Shown here piece by piece: positions 8,757 through 16,862 of a stretch of DNA of 20,000 nucleotides. Origin of the DNA: an uncultured virus (IMG/VR IMGVR_UViG_3300030118_002929) (Duplodnaviria; Heunggongvirae; Uroviricota; Caudoviricetes). The stretch's first letter is position 1, and every line of letters starts with the position of its first letter. The notes beneath the pieces were generated by a model. It worked only from the letters and a program-made list of their open reading frames with translations. It did not search any database and had not been told where the DNA came from. The stretch is taken from IMG/VR virus record IMGVR_UViG_3300030118_002929. One strand, written 5' to 3'. The position numbers and the translations under genes were made by a program.

Positions 8757-8787
8757 AAGGGGGTAGAGGGAGACTGAAACCCCCTTT
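8757..8787 (+). terminator. structured hairpin after hsp20 (weak terminator or RNA motif)
   Basis: AAGGGGGT / ACCCCCTT stem, purine internal loop, GAGA tetraloop, short U run. Confidence 0.5.
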
Positions 8788-8804
8788 AATATAATGGAGA
8801 AATC

Positions 8805-9044
8805 ATGGCAGAAAAACCAGTTACAGAGAAACTAGAGAAGATGCAAATCAAAGTTGCAGATGCAGAGCAAAGGCGAACACAATTAGAAGTTGACTTGCAA
8901 AACATCAAAAACAAAATCGTAGATTACAATAAAACAATTAAGAAATTAGAGGCAGATGCAAATGCCACTATCGGTGCTATTACCGTTCTTACAGAATTGA
9001 TACAAGGAGCGACAAGTGGTAATACAGAATCCGATGAAGGTTAA
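8805..9044 (+). CDS. small coiled-coil hypothetical protein
   Basis: 79 aa, heptad-like pattern, SD GGAG. Confidence 0.65.
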   Translation: MAEKPVTEKLEKMQIKVADAEQRRTQLEVDLQNIKNKIVDYNKTIKKLEADANATIGAITVLTELIQGATSGNTESDEG

Positions 9045-9330
9045 ATATATCAAGTTACTCAATGCCGAAGAACTAGTTGCAAAGGTAGTTGAAGAAACTG
9101 ATACAATTTTAGAAATCAAAGATCCAGCAATCATCATGTTAAGACCTGCAGAAAAGCAAGGTAACATGGCAGTTCAAATGGGACACTATTGTCCTCACAC
9201 AAAAGAGAATTTAAAACTTAATAAAGCACATGTTTTATACATGGCAGAACCACATACAGATTTAGTTAACGGTTATCAGAAAATATTTGGTAGCGGCATA
9301 GTTATGCCTAATGTGCAATTAAATGGTTGA
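9034..9330 (+). CDS. hypothetical protein, possibly Sm-like fold
   Basis: MKVKYIKLLNAEELVAKV...YQKIFGSGIVMP resembles small proteins upstream of gp43 in marine T4-like phages; ATG at 9034. Confidence 0.65.
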   Translation: MKVKYIKLLNAEELVAKVVEETDTILEIKDPAIIMLRPAEKQGNMAVQMGHYCPHTKENLKLNKAHVLYMAEPHTDLVNGYQKIFGSGIVMPNVQLNG

Positions 9331-9356
9331 CAAACCTGATTGTTATGTGTTATATT
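9327..9356 (+). promoter_or_regulatory. sigma70-type promoter for gp43
   Basis: TTGACA (9327-9332), 18-bp spacer ending TGn, TATATT (9351-9356). Confidence 0.65.
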
Positions 9357-9407
9357 GTTTTAAATTTAAACGAATAACAATGATTATAAGATTGCGGGAT
9401 AAACGAT

Positions 9408-11909
9408 TTGAAATTTTACACTAATGTTCAACAATGGGGTAATAATCTATTAGTCAGAGGTGTGGACTCTTCAGGTAGAAGAGTTATGCAACGATACAAA
9501 GATTATTCACCTACACTTTTTATATCATCACCTAAACCTTCTAAGTATCAAACTTTAGATGGTAAGTATGTTGATGAATTTAAACCTGGTAGTATTAAAG
9601 AGAGTAGAGAGTTTTTAGAACGATATAAAGATGTTCCTAATCATGCTATCTATGGTCAAACTCAATTTGTTTATCAATGGATATCTGATAACTTTATAGA
9701 CGAAAGAGAAATACCTTTCGATACTTCTAAAGTATCAATCATGTCTTTAGACATTGAGACTAGTTCTGAAGAAGGTTTCCCTAATATTGAAACTGCAAAT
9801 GAGCAAGTTTTATTAATTACAGTTAAAGAAAGTACCTCTAAGATGTTTGTATCTTGGGGTCTTAAACCTTTTGATAACAAATATAAAGATGTCGAGTATA
9901 GATATTTCGAAGATGAAAAAGATATGCTTAGAGACTTCATTAAGTTTCTAAATCAAATAAAACCTGATGTTATTACAGGTTGGAATACAAAGTTCTTTGA
10001 TATACCTTATATTGTAAACCGAGTTGAAAGATTACTAGGCGAAGAACAAGTCAGATTAATATCACCTTGGAAAATTGTCAAAGGTGGTAAAGTAAACATC
10101 AAAGGTAGAGACCAACAATATTATGATATATTCGGTATGGCATCTCTTGACTATATGGACTTGTATCGAAAGTTTACTTATACAGTTCAAGAAAGTTATG
10201 CACTAAATCATATCGCTAATGTAGAACTAGGCGAGAAAAAACTATCTCATGATGAATATGAAAACTTTGCAACATTCTATAAAACAGATTGGCAGAAATT
10301 TGTCGAGTATAATATTAGAGATGTAGAACTTGTTTCTATGTTAGAAGACAAACTAGGTCTCATTGATTTATGTCTAACAATGGCATATGACTTTAGAGTG
10401 AATTATGAAGATGTATATTCACAAGTTAGATGTTGGGATATGTTAATCTACAATCATCTAAGAAGAAAAAATATTGTTATCCCACCTAAGAAACAAAACT
10501 TAAAAGATACTGCCTATGCTGGTGCATATGTAAAAGATCCTATTGTAGGTCAACATAACTGGGTTATGTCATTTGACTTGAACTCTTTGTATCCTCATTT
10601 AATTATGCAGTATAATATTTCACCAGATACGATTGTCGATAATAGACTAGATGTTTCTGTAACTAAGTTGCTCAACAAAGAAGTAGATACATCATCATTA
10701 AGTGAACAAAATTTATCTATGGCGGCAAACGGTCAATGTTTTACAAAAGAGAAACAAGGTTTTCTACCTGCAATGATGGAAGAAATCTATGAAGGTAGAA
10801 CTTATTTCAAAAAGAAAATGATTGAAAAGCAAAAAGAATATGAATTAAGTAAAGATAAAAATCTGATTAAAGATATATCGAGACTTAATAATATTCAAAT
10901 GGCGAAGAAGATTGCATTGAACTCTGCCTATGGTGCTTTAGGTAATCAGTATTTTAGATACTTTGATGTGAGACAAGCAGAAGGTATTACTTTATCAGGT
11001 CAACTTAGCATCAAGTGGATTGAAAAAGCATTAAACAAATATTTTAATGACCTACTTAAAACAAATACAGAATATGTGATTGCCTCTGATACCGATAGTG
11101 TCTATATCAATATGGCACCTCTAGTTAAGTCTGTATTCAAAGATGAAACTGATAAGAATAAAATAGTAAGTTTTCTAGATAAAGTAGCATCACAAAAGAT
11201 AGAACCTTTTATCGAAAATTCTTATCAAGAACTTGCATCTTATGTAAATGCATATCAGCAAAAGATGGTTATGAAAAGAGAAGTTATTGCAGATAAAGGT
11301 ATCTGGACTGCCAAGAAAAGATATATTTTAAATGTTCATAATTCTGAAGGTGTTCAATATGCAGAACCTAAATTAAAGATTATGGGTCTTGAAGTCGTAA
11401 AATCTTCAACCCCTGGGTATGTTAGAACAAAATTAAAAGAGGCAATCAAAGTTATTGTTACACAAGATAATGATGCATTATTTAAATTCATAGAAAATAC
11501 AAAAGAAGAATTTGACAAACAAGAACCTGAAGATGTTGCTTTTCCTAGGTCAGTAAATGGTATTCAAAAGTACAAAGACAATATGCATATATATTCGAAA
11601 GGCACCCCTATGCATGTACGAGGTACTTTGTTATACAATCACCTAGTCAAAAAGCATAGCATTGATGGTAGATATCCTGTTGTCAAAGATGGTGAAAAAA
11701 TAAAATTCTTACATGTTAAAGTACCTAATCCTATTCAAGAAAACATTATTAGTTTTCTTGTAACTTTGCCTAAAGAGTTTGGGTTACACAAATATGTAGA
11801 TTATGATTTACAGTTTGAGAAGTCTTTCTTAGAACCTTTAAAGTTTATTGTAGAGAGTATTAACTGGAAAATCGAAAAGACAAATGATTTAACGGCATTC
11901 TTTGAATGA
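9408..11909 (+). CDS. gp43: family B DNA polymerase, TTG start
   Basis: Exonuclease motifs DIET, GWN..FD, YNIRD; polymerase motifs SFDLNSLYP, KIALNSAYG, SDTDS, KKRY. Confidence 0.98.
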   Translation: MKFYTNVQQWGNNLLVRGVDSSGRRVMQRYKDYSPTLFISSPKPSKYQTLDGKYVDEFKPGSIKESREFLERYKDVPNHAIYGQTQFVYQWISDNFIDEREIPFDTSKVSIMSLDIETSSEEGFPNIETANEQVLLITVKESTSKMFVSWGLKPFDNKYKDVEYRYFEDEKDMLRDFIKFLNQIKPDVITGWNTKFFDIPYIVNRVERLLGEEQVRLISPWKIVKGGKVNIKGRDQQYYDIFGMASLDYMDLYRKFTYTVQESYALNHIANVELGEKKLSHDEYENFATFYKTDWQKFVEYNIRDVELVSMLEDKLGLIDLCLTMAYDFRVNYEDVYSQVRCWDMLIYNHLRRKNIVIPPKKQNLKDTAYAGAYVKDPIVGQHNWVMSFDLNSLYPHLIMQYNISPDTIVDNRLDVSVTKLLNKEVDTSSLSEQNLSMAANGQCFTKEKQGFLPAMMEEIYEGRTYFKKKMIEKQKEYELSKDKNLIKDISRLNNIQMAKKIALNSAYGALGNQYFRYFDVRQAEGITLSGQLSIKWIEKALNKYFNDLLKTNTEYVIASDTDSVYINMAPLVKSVFKDETDKNKIVSFLDKVASQKIEPFIENSYQELASYVNAYQQKMVMKREVIADKGIWTAKKRYILNVHNSEGVQYAEPKLKIMGLEVVKSSTPGYVRTKLKEAIKVIVTQDNDALFKFIENTKEEFDKQEPEDVAFPRSVNGIQKYKDNMHIYSKGTPMHVRGTLLYNHLVKKHSIDGRYPVVKDGEKIKFLHVKVPNPIQENIISFLVTLPKEFGLHKYVDYDLQFEKSFLEPLKFIVESINWKIEKTNDLTAFFE

Positions 11910-11930
11910 TGGTAAAAGTTATTTTCTTTG

Positions 11931-11959
11931 TTGACAAATTAAGCATGTTCAATTATAGT
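11931..11959 (+). promoter_or_regulatory. sigma70-type promoter for uvsX
   Basis: TTGACA (11931-11936), 17 bp, TATAGT (11954-11959). Confidence 0.65.
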
Positions 11960-11979
11960 GATAGAAATACGAGGTAGCA

Positions 11980-13002
11980 ATGACAGATTTTTTAAAGAGT
12001 ATAATAAAAGAAAGCAAAAATGAATTTGCATCTTTAGTAGAAGATGGTATTCAAGCAGGCGATGTAGCGAGTTACATTGATACAGGTTCTTATGTATTCA
12101 ATGCTCTACTAAGTGGTAGTATGTATGGTGGGTTGCCATCTAACAAGATTACTGCAATAGCAGGTGAGAGTGCAACAGGTAAAACCTTCTTTGCATTAGG
12201 TATCTGTAAACACTTCTTAGATAAAGACCAAGATGCAGGTGTCATTTATTTTGAAACAGAGAGTGCATTAACAAAAGATATTATAGAAGAACGAGGTATT
12301 GATAGCAAAAGAATGGTTATCATGCCAGTAACTACAGTTCAACAATTTAGAACTGAAGCAATCAGAATTATTGATAAGTATCTAGAACAACCTGAGGCAG
12401 ATAGAAAACCTATCATGTTTGTATTAGATAGTTTAGGTATGTTATCAACTACAAAAGAAATAGAAGATACTGCATCAGGTTCTGAAACTAGAGATATGAC
12501 AAGGGCACAACTTGTTAAAGGTACATTTAGAGTATTGACTTTGAAACTAGGTCAAGCAAAAGTACCTATGATTGTAACTAATCATACTTATGACCAGATG
12601 GGTTCTATGTTCCCTCAGAAAGTTATGGGTGGTGGGTCAGGTTTACAATATGCCGCATCTACTATTGTCTTCTTATCGAAGAAAAAAGAAAAAGAAGGTA
12701 CTGAAGTTGTAGGTAATATTATTCATTGCAAATTACAAAAATCAAGAATAACTAAGGAAAATTCTATGGTTGATGTATCACTTAGATATAAAGGTGGTCT
12801 CAACAAACATTATGGTCTATTAGAACTTGCTGAACAGGCAGGAGTATTTAAAAAAGTATCAACTCGTTTTGAACTACCTGATGGTTCGAAAAGATATGGT
12901 AAAGAAATACTTCATAATCCTGACCAGTTCTTTACTGAAGAAGTAATGCAACAAATAGAAGAATATGCGAAAGAGAAATTTTCCTATGCCGGCGAAATAT
13001 AA
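11980..13002 (+). CDS. uvsX: RecA-like recombinase UvsX
   Basis: [34 protein letters not shown]. Confidence 0.96.
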   Translation: MTDFLKSIIKESKNEFASLVEDGIQAGDVASYIDTGSYVFNALLSGSMYGGLPSNKITAIAGESATGKTFFALGICKHFLDKDQDAGVIYFETESALTKDIIEERGIDSKRMVIMPVTTVQQFRTEAIRIIDKYLEQPEADRKPIMFVLDSLGMLSTTKEIEDTASGSETRDMTRAQLVKGTFRVLTLKLGQAKVPMIVTNHTYDQMGSMFPQKVMGGGSGLQYAASTIVFLSKKKEKEGTEVVGNIIHCKLQKSRITKENSMVDVSLRYKGGLNKHYGLLELAEQAGVFKKVSTRFELPDGSKRYGKEILHNPDQFFTEEVMQQIEEYAKEKFSYAGEI

Positions 13003-13270
13003 ATTTGTAGAAAACGGAAAAGAAATAGCAGTTAGAATACTTGAAGGTCAATTTGATGAAGTTACTCTTCAGTATTTTAGAGTGCAGTTTGGTGATGTCA
13101 ACGAAGACGGCACTAGACCTATGAGATTTCAATACAAGATTATAGATAATCCCAGACTTACTCCTATAGAAGAAAAAGAGTTTCTACCTGTAGCAGGTGA
13201 TATACTTGTCGATTGCATAGAAAAACAATTAGAAAAGAATGAGGTGATATATACAAATGGTACGGATTGA
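12986..13270 (+). CDS. probable gp40-like head vertex assembly chaperone
   Basis: Position between uvsX and gp41 as in T4, similar size; start at 12965 or 12986. Confidence 0.55.
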   Translation: MPAKYKFVENGKEIAVRILEGQFDEVTLQYFRVQFGDVNEDGTRPMRFQYKIIDNPRLTPIEEKEFLPVAGDILVDCIEKQLEKNEVIYTNGTD

Positions 13271-14672
13271 ACGAACAATATTAGCAAACTTAATTACAAA
13301 CGAACCTTTTGTTAGAAAAGCATTACCTTTTATCAACGAAAAATATTTTCATGACAGTTCAGAAAAGATAATATTTCAGGTTATTAATCAACATATCAGA
13401 GAATACAATACACTACCTACAAAAGAAGTTACCTCTATTGCTATTCAGAATGTAGAAAATTTAGGCGAACCTGAGTATAAAAAAGCAACTGACATTGTAA
13501 ATAGTTTAGAAAATAGTAAAGCAGATATTGATTGGTTAGTCGATACTACTGAAAAGTTTTGTCAAGATAAAGCAATCTATAATGCAATCGCAGATAGTAT
13601 AGAAATAATCGAAGGTAAGAATAAGAAACAAACTACAGGTGCTTTGCCTGAGATACTATCAAATGCTTTATCTGTTACATTTGATCCTAATATAGGTCAT
13701 GATTACTTCGGTCAATCAGATGACCGTTTTGAATTTTATCATACTAAAGAAACTAAGATACCTTTTAATCTAAGATATTTTGATACGATTACAAAAGGTG
13801 GGTTACCTAATAAAACACTCAATGTTGCCATTGCAGGTACAGGTGTAGGTAAGTCGTTATTCATGTGTCATCTAGCGGCGAACTATTTGATGCAGAATAA
13901 AAATGTATTGTATATCACTTTAGAAATGGCAGAAGAGAGAATAGCAGAAAGAATAGATGCTAACTTAATGAACCTAGATGTTCAATCTGTTCAAGAACTA
14001 CCTAAGTCGATGTTCGATAACAAGATAGAACAAGTTAGAAAAGAGACTACAGGTAAGTTAGTAGTAAAAGAATATCCTACTGCCTCTGCACACAAAGGTC
14101 ATTTCTCATCTCTATTAAATGAATTAGCATTAAAGAAATCTTTCAAACCTGATGCAATCTTTATTGATTATTTAAATATATGTGCATCACAAAGATTTAA
14201 AGCAGGTGCTAATATTAATTCATACACATTAATTAAATCTATTGCTGAAGAACTAAGAGGTCTCGCAGTAGAATATAATTTACCTATTATCTCAGCAACA
14301 CAAACTACAAGACAAGGTTTCAATAGCACCGATATAGGTTTAGAAGACACTTCAGAATCCTTTGGGTTACCTGCTACAGTTGATTTCATGTTTGCATTGA
14401 TATCTACTGAAGAGTTAGAATCCCAAAATCAAATAATGGTCAAACAATTAAAAAATCGTTATAACGATCCAACTAAGTTCAAAAGGTTTTTACTAGGAAT
14501 TGATAGGTCAAGAATGAAAGTTTATGACCTCGAGGAATCTGCACAAGCAGATATTATAAACCCACCTAAAGCACCTACTATGGTTGAAGTTGTAGAGACT
14601 AATGCTTTTGACAAACTAAAGGAGAAACGAAGTGAAACGAAATACAAAGACTTCTCAAACTTCAAGGTCTAA
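13257..14672 (+). CDS. gp41: replicative DnaB-like helicase
   Basis: GTGVGKS, LYITLEMAEERIAERIDAN, KEYPT, IDYLNIC, SATQ, SESFGLPAT, QLKNRY. Confidence 0.97.
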   Translation: MVRIERTILANLITNEPFVRKALPFINEKYFHDSSEKIIFQVINQHIREYNTLPTKEVTSIAIQNVENLGEPEYKKATDIVNSLENSKADIDWLVDTTEKFCQDKAIYNAIADSIEIIEGKNKKQTTGALPEILSNALSVTFDPNIGHDYFGQSDDRFEFYHTKETKIPFNLRYFDTITKGGLPNKTLNVAIAGTGVGKSLFMCHLAANYLMQNKNVLYITLEMAEERIAERIDANLMNLDVQSVQELPKSMFDNKIEQVRKETTGKLVVKEYPTASAHKGHFSSLLNELALKKSFKPDAIFIDYLNICASQRFKAGANINSYTLIKSIAEELRGLAVEYNLPIISATQTTRQGFNSTDIGLEDTSESFGLPATVDFMFALISTEELESQNQIMVKQLKNRYNDPTKFKRFLLGIDRSRMKVYDLEESAQADIINPPKAPTMVEVVETNAFDKLKEKRSETKYKDFSNFKV

Positions 14673-14874
14673 GAAACGATTTAAGTATCAATATGACGGC
14701 GAAAATAACACTTATCAGATATTCGATACTAAGTTCGAACAAGTCGTAATTCACAAATCCACGAAGAAATACGCAGTTCTTACATCGGCAAGTATGAACA
14801 AAAACCCACCTTTTGGTGATTTTGAGATACCTAGATTTCTGAGAATTGACAATACCGACAAAAAATTTTCATAA
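14632..14874 (+). CDS. hypothetical protein, GTG start
   Basis: SD AAAGGAG 7 nt before the GTG; 80-aa ORF that overlaps the end of gp41. Confidence 0.55.
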   Translation: MKRNTKTSQTSRSKKRFKYQYDGENNTYQIFDTKFEQVVIHKSTKKYAVLTSASMNKNPPFGDFEIPRFLRIDNTDKKFS

Positions 14875-14877
14875 ATA
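14870..14877 (+). promoter_or_regulatory. T4-type late promoter-like element
   Basis: CATAAATA, one mismatch to TATAAATA, upstream of the putative virion-protein block. Confidence 0.5.
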
Positions 14878-14890
14878 CTTATAATAACCC

Positions 14891-14919
14891 TTGACTATTG
14901 CCACTATATGATGTATTAT
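14891..14919 (+). promoter_or_regulatory. sigma70-type promoter
   Basis: TTGACT, 17 bp, TATTAT; shares ATAACCCTTGAC with the promoter at 2518. Confidence 0.6.
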
Positions 14920-14943
14920 AATAGTAGTATTAAAGAGGATTCT

Positions 14944-15624
14944 ATGTATAAGCATTTAAGACAAGTCAAGCAAGATATAGACCAGAGTTTCGAAGGTTTA
15001 CTACCTAGAGAAACTATGAGTGTCCATACTATCGCTAGAAAATTAGCGAAGAGAATGGGTGCGAAACATGGTATGCGTTTTGTTAGTGTCAACGAACCTA
15101 TAGGTAAGCGACATGCAGATGGCGAGTTATTTTGTGGTGGTTCATTCTATCCTTGGTATGCAGATGAAAATGATTGGTATGATAGTGAAGTTTGTTTAAA
15201 TTATAAAACTAAAGATATAAATTTAGGTAGATGGTGGGTGTATAAAACTTTTCATCAACAAATGACTGCCGCTATATTACATGAATTAAATCATAGACAA
15301 CAGTATTTAAGTAGAGGTAAAAAAGAAAGAAAAAATGAAATCTTTAAATCCTCTCATAGAAAAAAGAAAGTTGCGATAGAAGAAAATTATTATGGGTCAC
15401 TTGATGAGATACAATCTTATGCAATAGATGTTGCCCTAGAGTGTCATTACAATGATGTTACACCAAGACAAGTGTGGAAACATATAGATGGTCGTATAAG
15501 TAGACCTAAATATACTACACTACATATATACAAGAACATGTTTAAAGATAAGGATCATCCTGTAATGAAAAAATTAAAGTATTATTCTTACATGGCATAT
15601 AATCAGATATTAAAACCATGCTAA
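14944..15624 (+). CDS. HExxH zincin-like hypothetical protein
   Basis: AAILHELNHRQQY plus downstream YYGSLDEIQSYA; SD GAGG before the ATG at 14944. Confidence 0.65.
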   Translation: MYKHLRQVKQDIDQSFEGLLPRETMSVHTIARKLAKRMGAKHGMRFVSVNEPIGKRHADGELFCGGSFYPWYADENDWYDSEVCLNYKTKDINLGRWWVYKTFHQQMTAAILHELNHRQQYLSRGKKERKNEIFKSSHRKKKVAIEENYYGSLDEIQSYAIDVALECHYNDVTPRQVWKHIDGRISRPKYTTLHIYKNMFKDKDHPVMKKLKYYSYMAYNQILKPC

Positions 15625-16862
15625 GATTTTCAGATTACGAACAATTAGACGAAGCATCTAAAAATCTTCACTTAACTCATATTGAGGAAACAATAATTAC
15701 TGAAGGTTCTGAAGGTGCAAACAATGCCTTAGGTTTTCTAAAAGGTGTTCGTGATATGTTATCAGGTTCAACTAGAAGTTCGGTTAACATCACAACAAAG
15801 TGGGACGGTGCACCTGCAATTTTTTGTGGCATAGATCCTGCAGATAAGAAATTTTTTGTAGCAACTAAATCAGTATTCAATAAAAGTCCTAAGTTAAATA
15901 AAACAACTGCCGATATTCGTAAAAATCATACGGGTGGATTAGTATCTAAATTAGAGGTATGCCTAAAAGAACTACCTAAATTAGGCATCAAAGGTGTCTT
16001 ACAGGGTGACTTAATGTTCACAAAAGGTGATTTAAAAACTTCTAATATTGAAGGTGTAGACCATTATACATTTCAACCGAACACGATAGTTTACGCAGTA
16101 CCTAAAGATGATCCTTTCGGCAAGTTTATAAACAAGGTAAAACTAGGCATTATATTTCATACAGAATATAAAGGTGCTAAATTAGAGGATATGAAGGCAT
16201 CATTTAATATAAATATAAAGAAGTTGCGTAAAAGCAATTCTATATGGTTCGATGATGCATCATATAAAGATGTATCAGGCATGATTACTTTGACTAAAAA
16301 TGAGACAGATAAACTTGATAAAATGATTGATAATGTGGAAAGTCAAGTTGGTAAGTTGTCTTCATTCTTAGATAAAATGTCAGAGGAATTTGACGAAAAA
16401 AATAGATTTGCGATACCTACGAACTTCAAAGTTCATTTGAACTCTTACTTTAAAGGAACAGGTGAACTTAAAGATGCATCTAAAACTATAGATGACTTTG
16501 TTACATATTGGGAAGACAAGATGGACAAAGAAGTAGATAGTAAAAAAACAGATGCCGCTAAAGATAAGTACCGTGCAATGAAAGAAGACGGACTTAAAAA
16601 AATTGAAAGCACAAAGACTAAACTTGTGCAAACAGTTGATATGTATATTAATATAATGGATGCAAAAGACTTATTAGTGAAGAAATTGTCTAAAGTGAAG
16701 AGCATAGGGACATTTCTGCAGACAAATGATGGATTAAAGACTACGGCACCAGAAGGTTTCGTAGCAGTAGATAGAGTTAAAGGTAATGCAGTTAAGTTGG
16801 TCAATCGACTTGAATTTAGTAGAGCAAACTTTACTGCAACTAAAAATTGGGTGAACGGTTAA
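15618..16862 (+). CDS. DUF6267-like protein with ATP-dependent ligase-type nucleotidyltransferase motifs
   Basis: TTKWDGAP (KxDG), VLQGDL, EGFV, AVKLV; N-terminus MLRFSDYEQLDE|A resembles a capsid-targeting tag. Confidence 0.7.
   Translation: MLRFSDYEQLDEASKNLHLTHIEETIITEGSEGANNALGFLKGVRDMLSGSTRSSVNITTKWDGAPAIFCGIDPADKKFFVATKSVFNKSPKLNKTTADIRKNHTGGLVSKLEVCLKELPKLGIKGVLQGDLMFTKGDLKTSNIEGVDHYTFQPNTIVYAVPKDDPFGKFINKVKLGIIFHTEYKGAKLEDMKASFNINIKKLRKSNSIWFDDASYKDVSGMITLTKNETDKLDKMIDNVESQVGKLSSFLDKMSEEFDEKNRFAIPTNFKVHLNSYFKGTGELKDASKTIDDFVTYWEDKMDKEVDSKKTDAAKDKYRAMKEDGLKKIESTKTKLVQTVDMYINIMDAKDLLVKKLSKVKSIGTFLQTNDGLKTTAPEGFVAVDRVKGNAVKLVNRLEFSRANFTATKNWVNG

Noticed and set aside
9408..14672. Possible introns, inteins or homing endonucleases in gp43, uvsX or gp41
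   Set aside because: All three are uninterrupted and of normal length, with no intein or LAGLIDADG/HNH/GIY-YIG motifs seen
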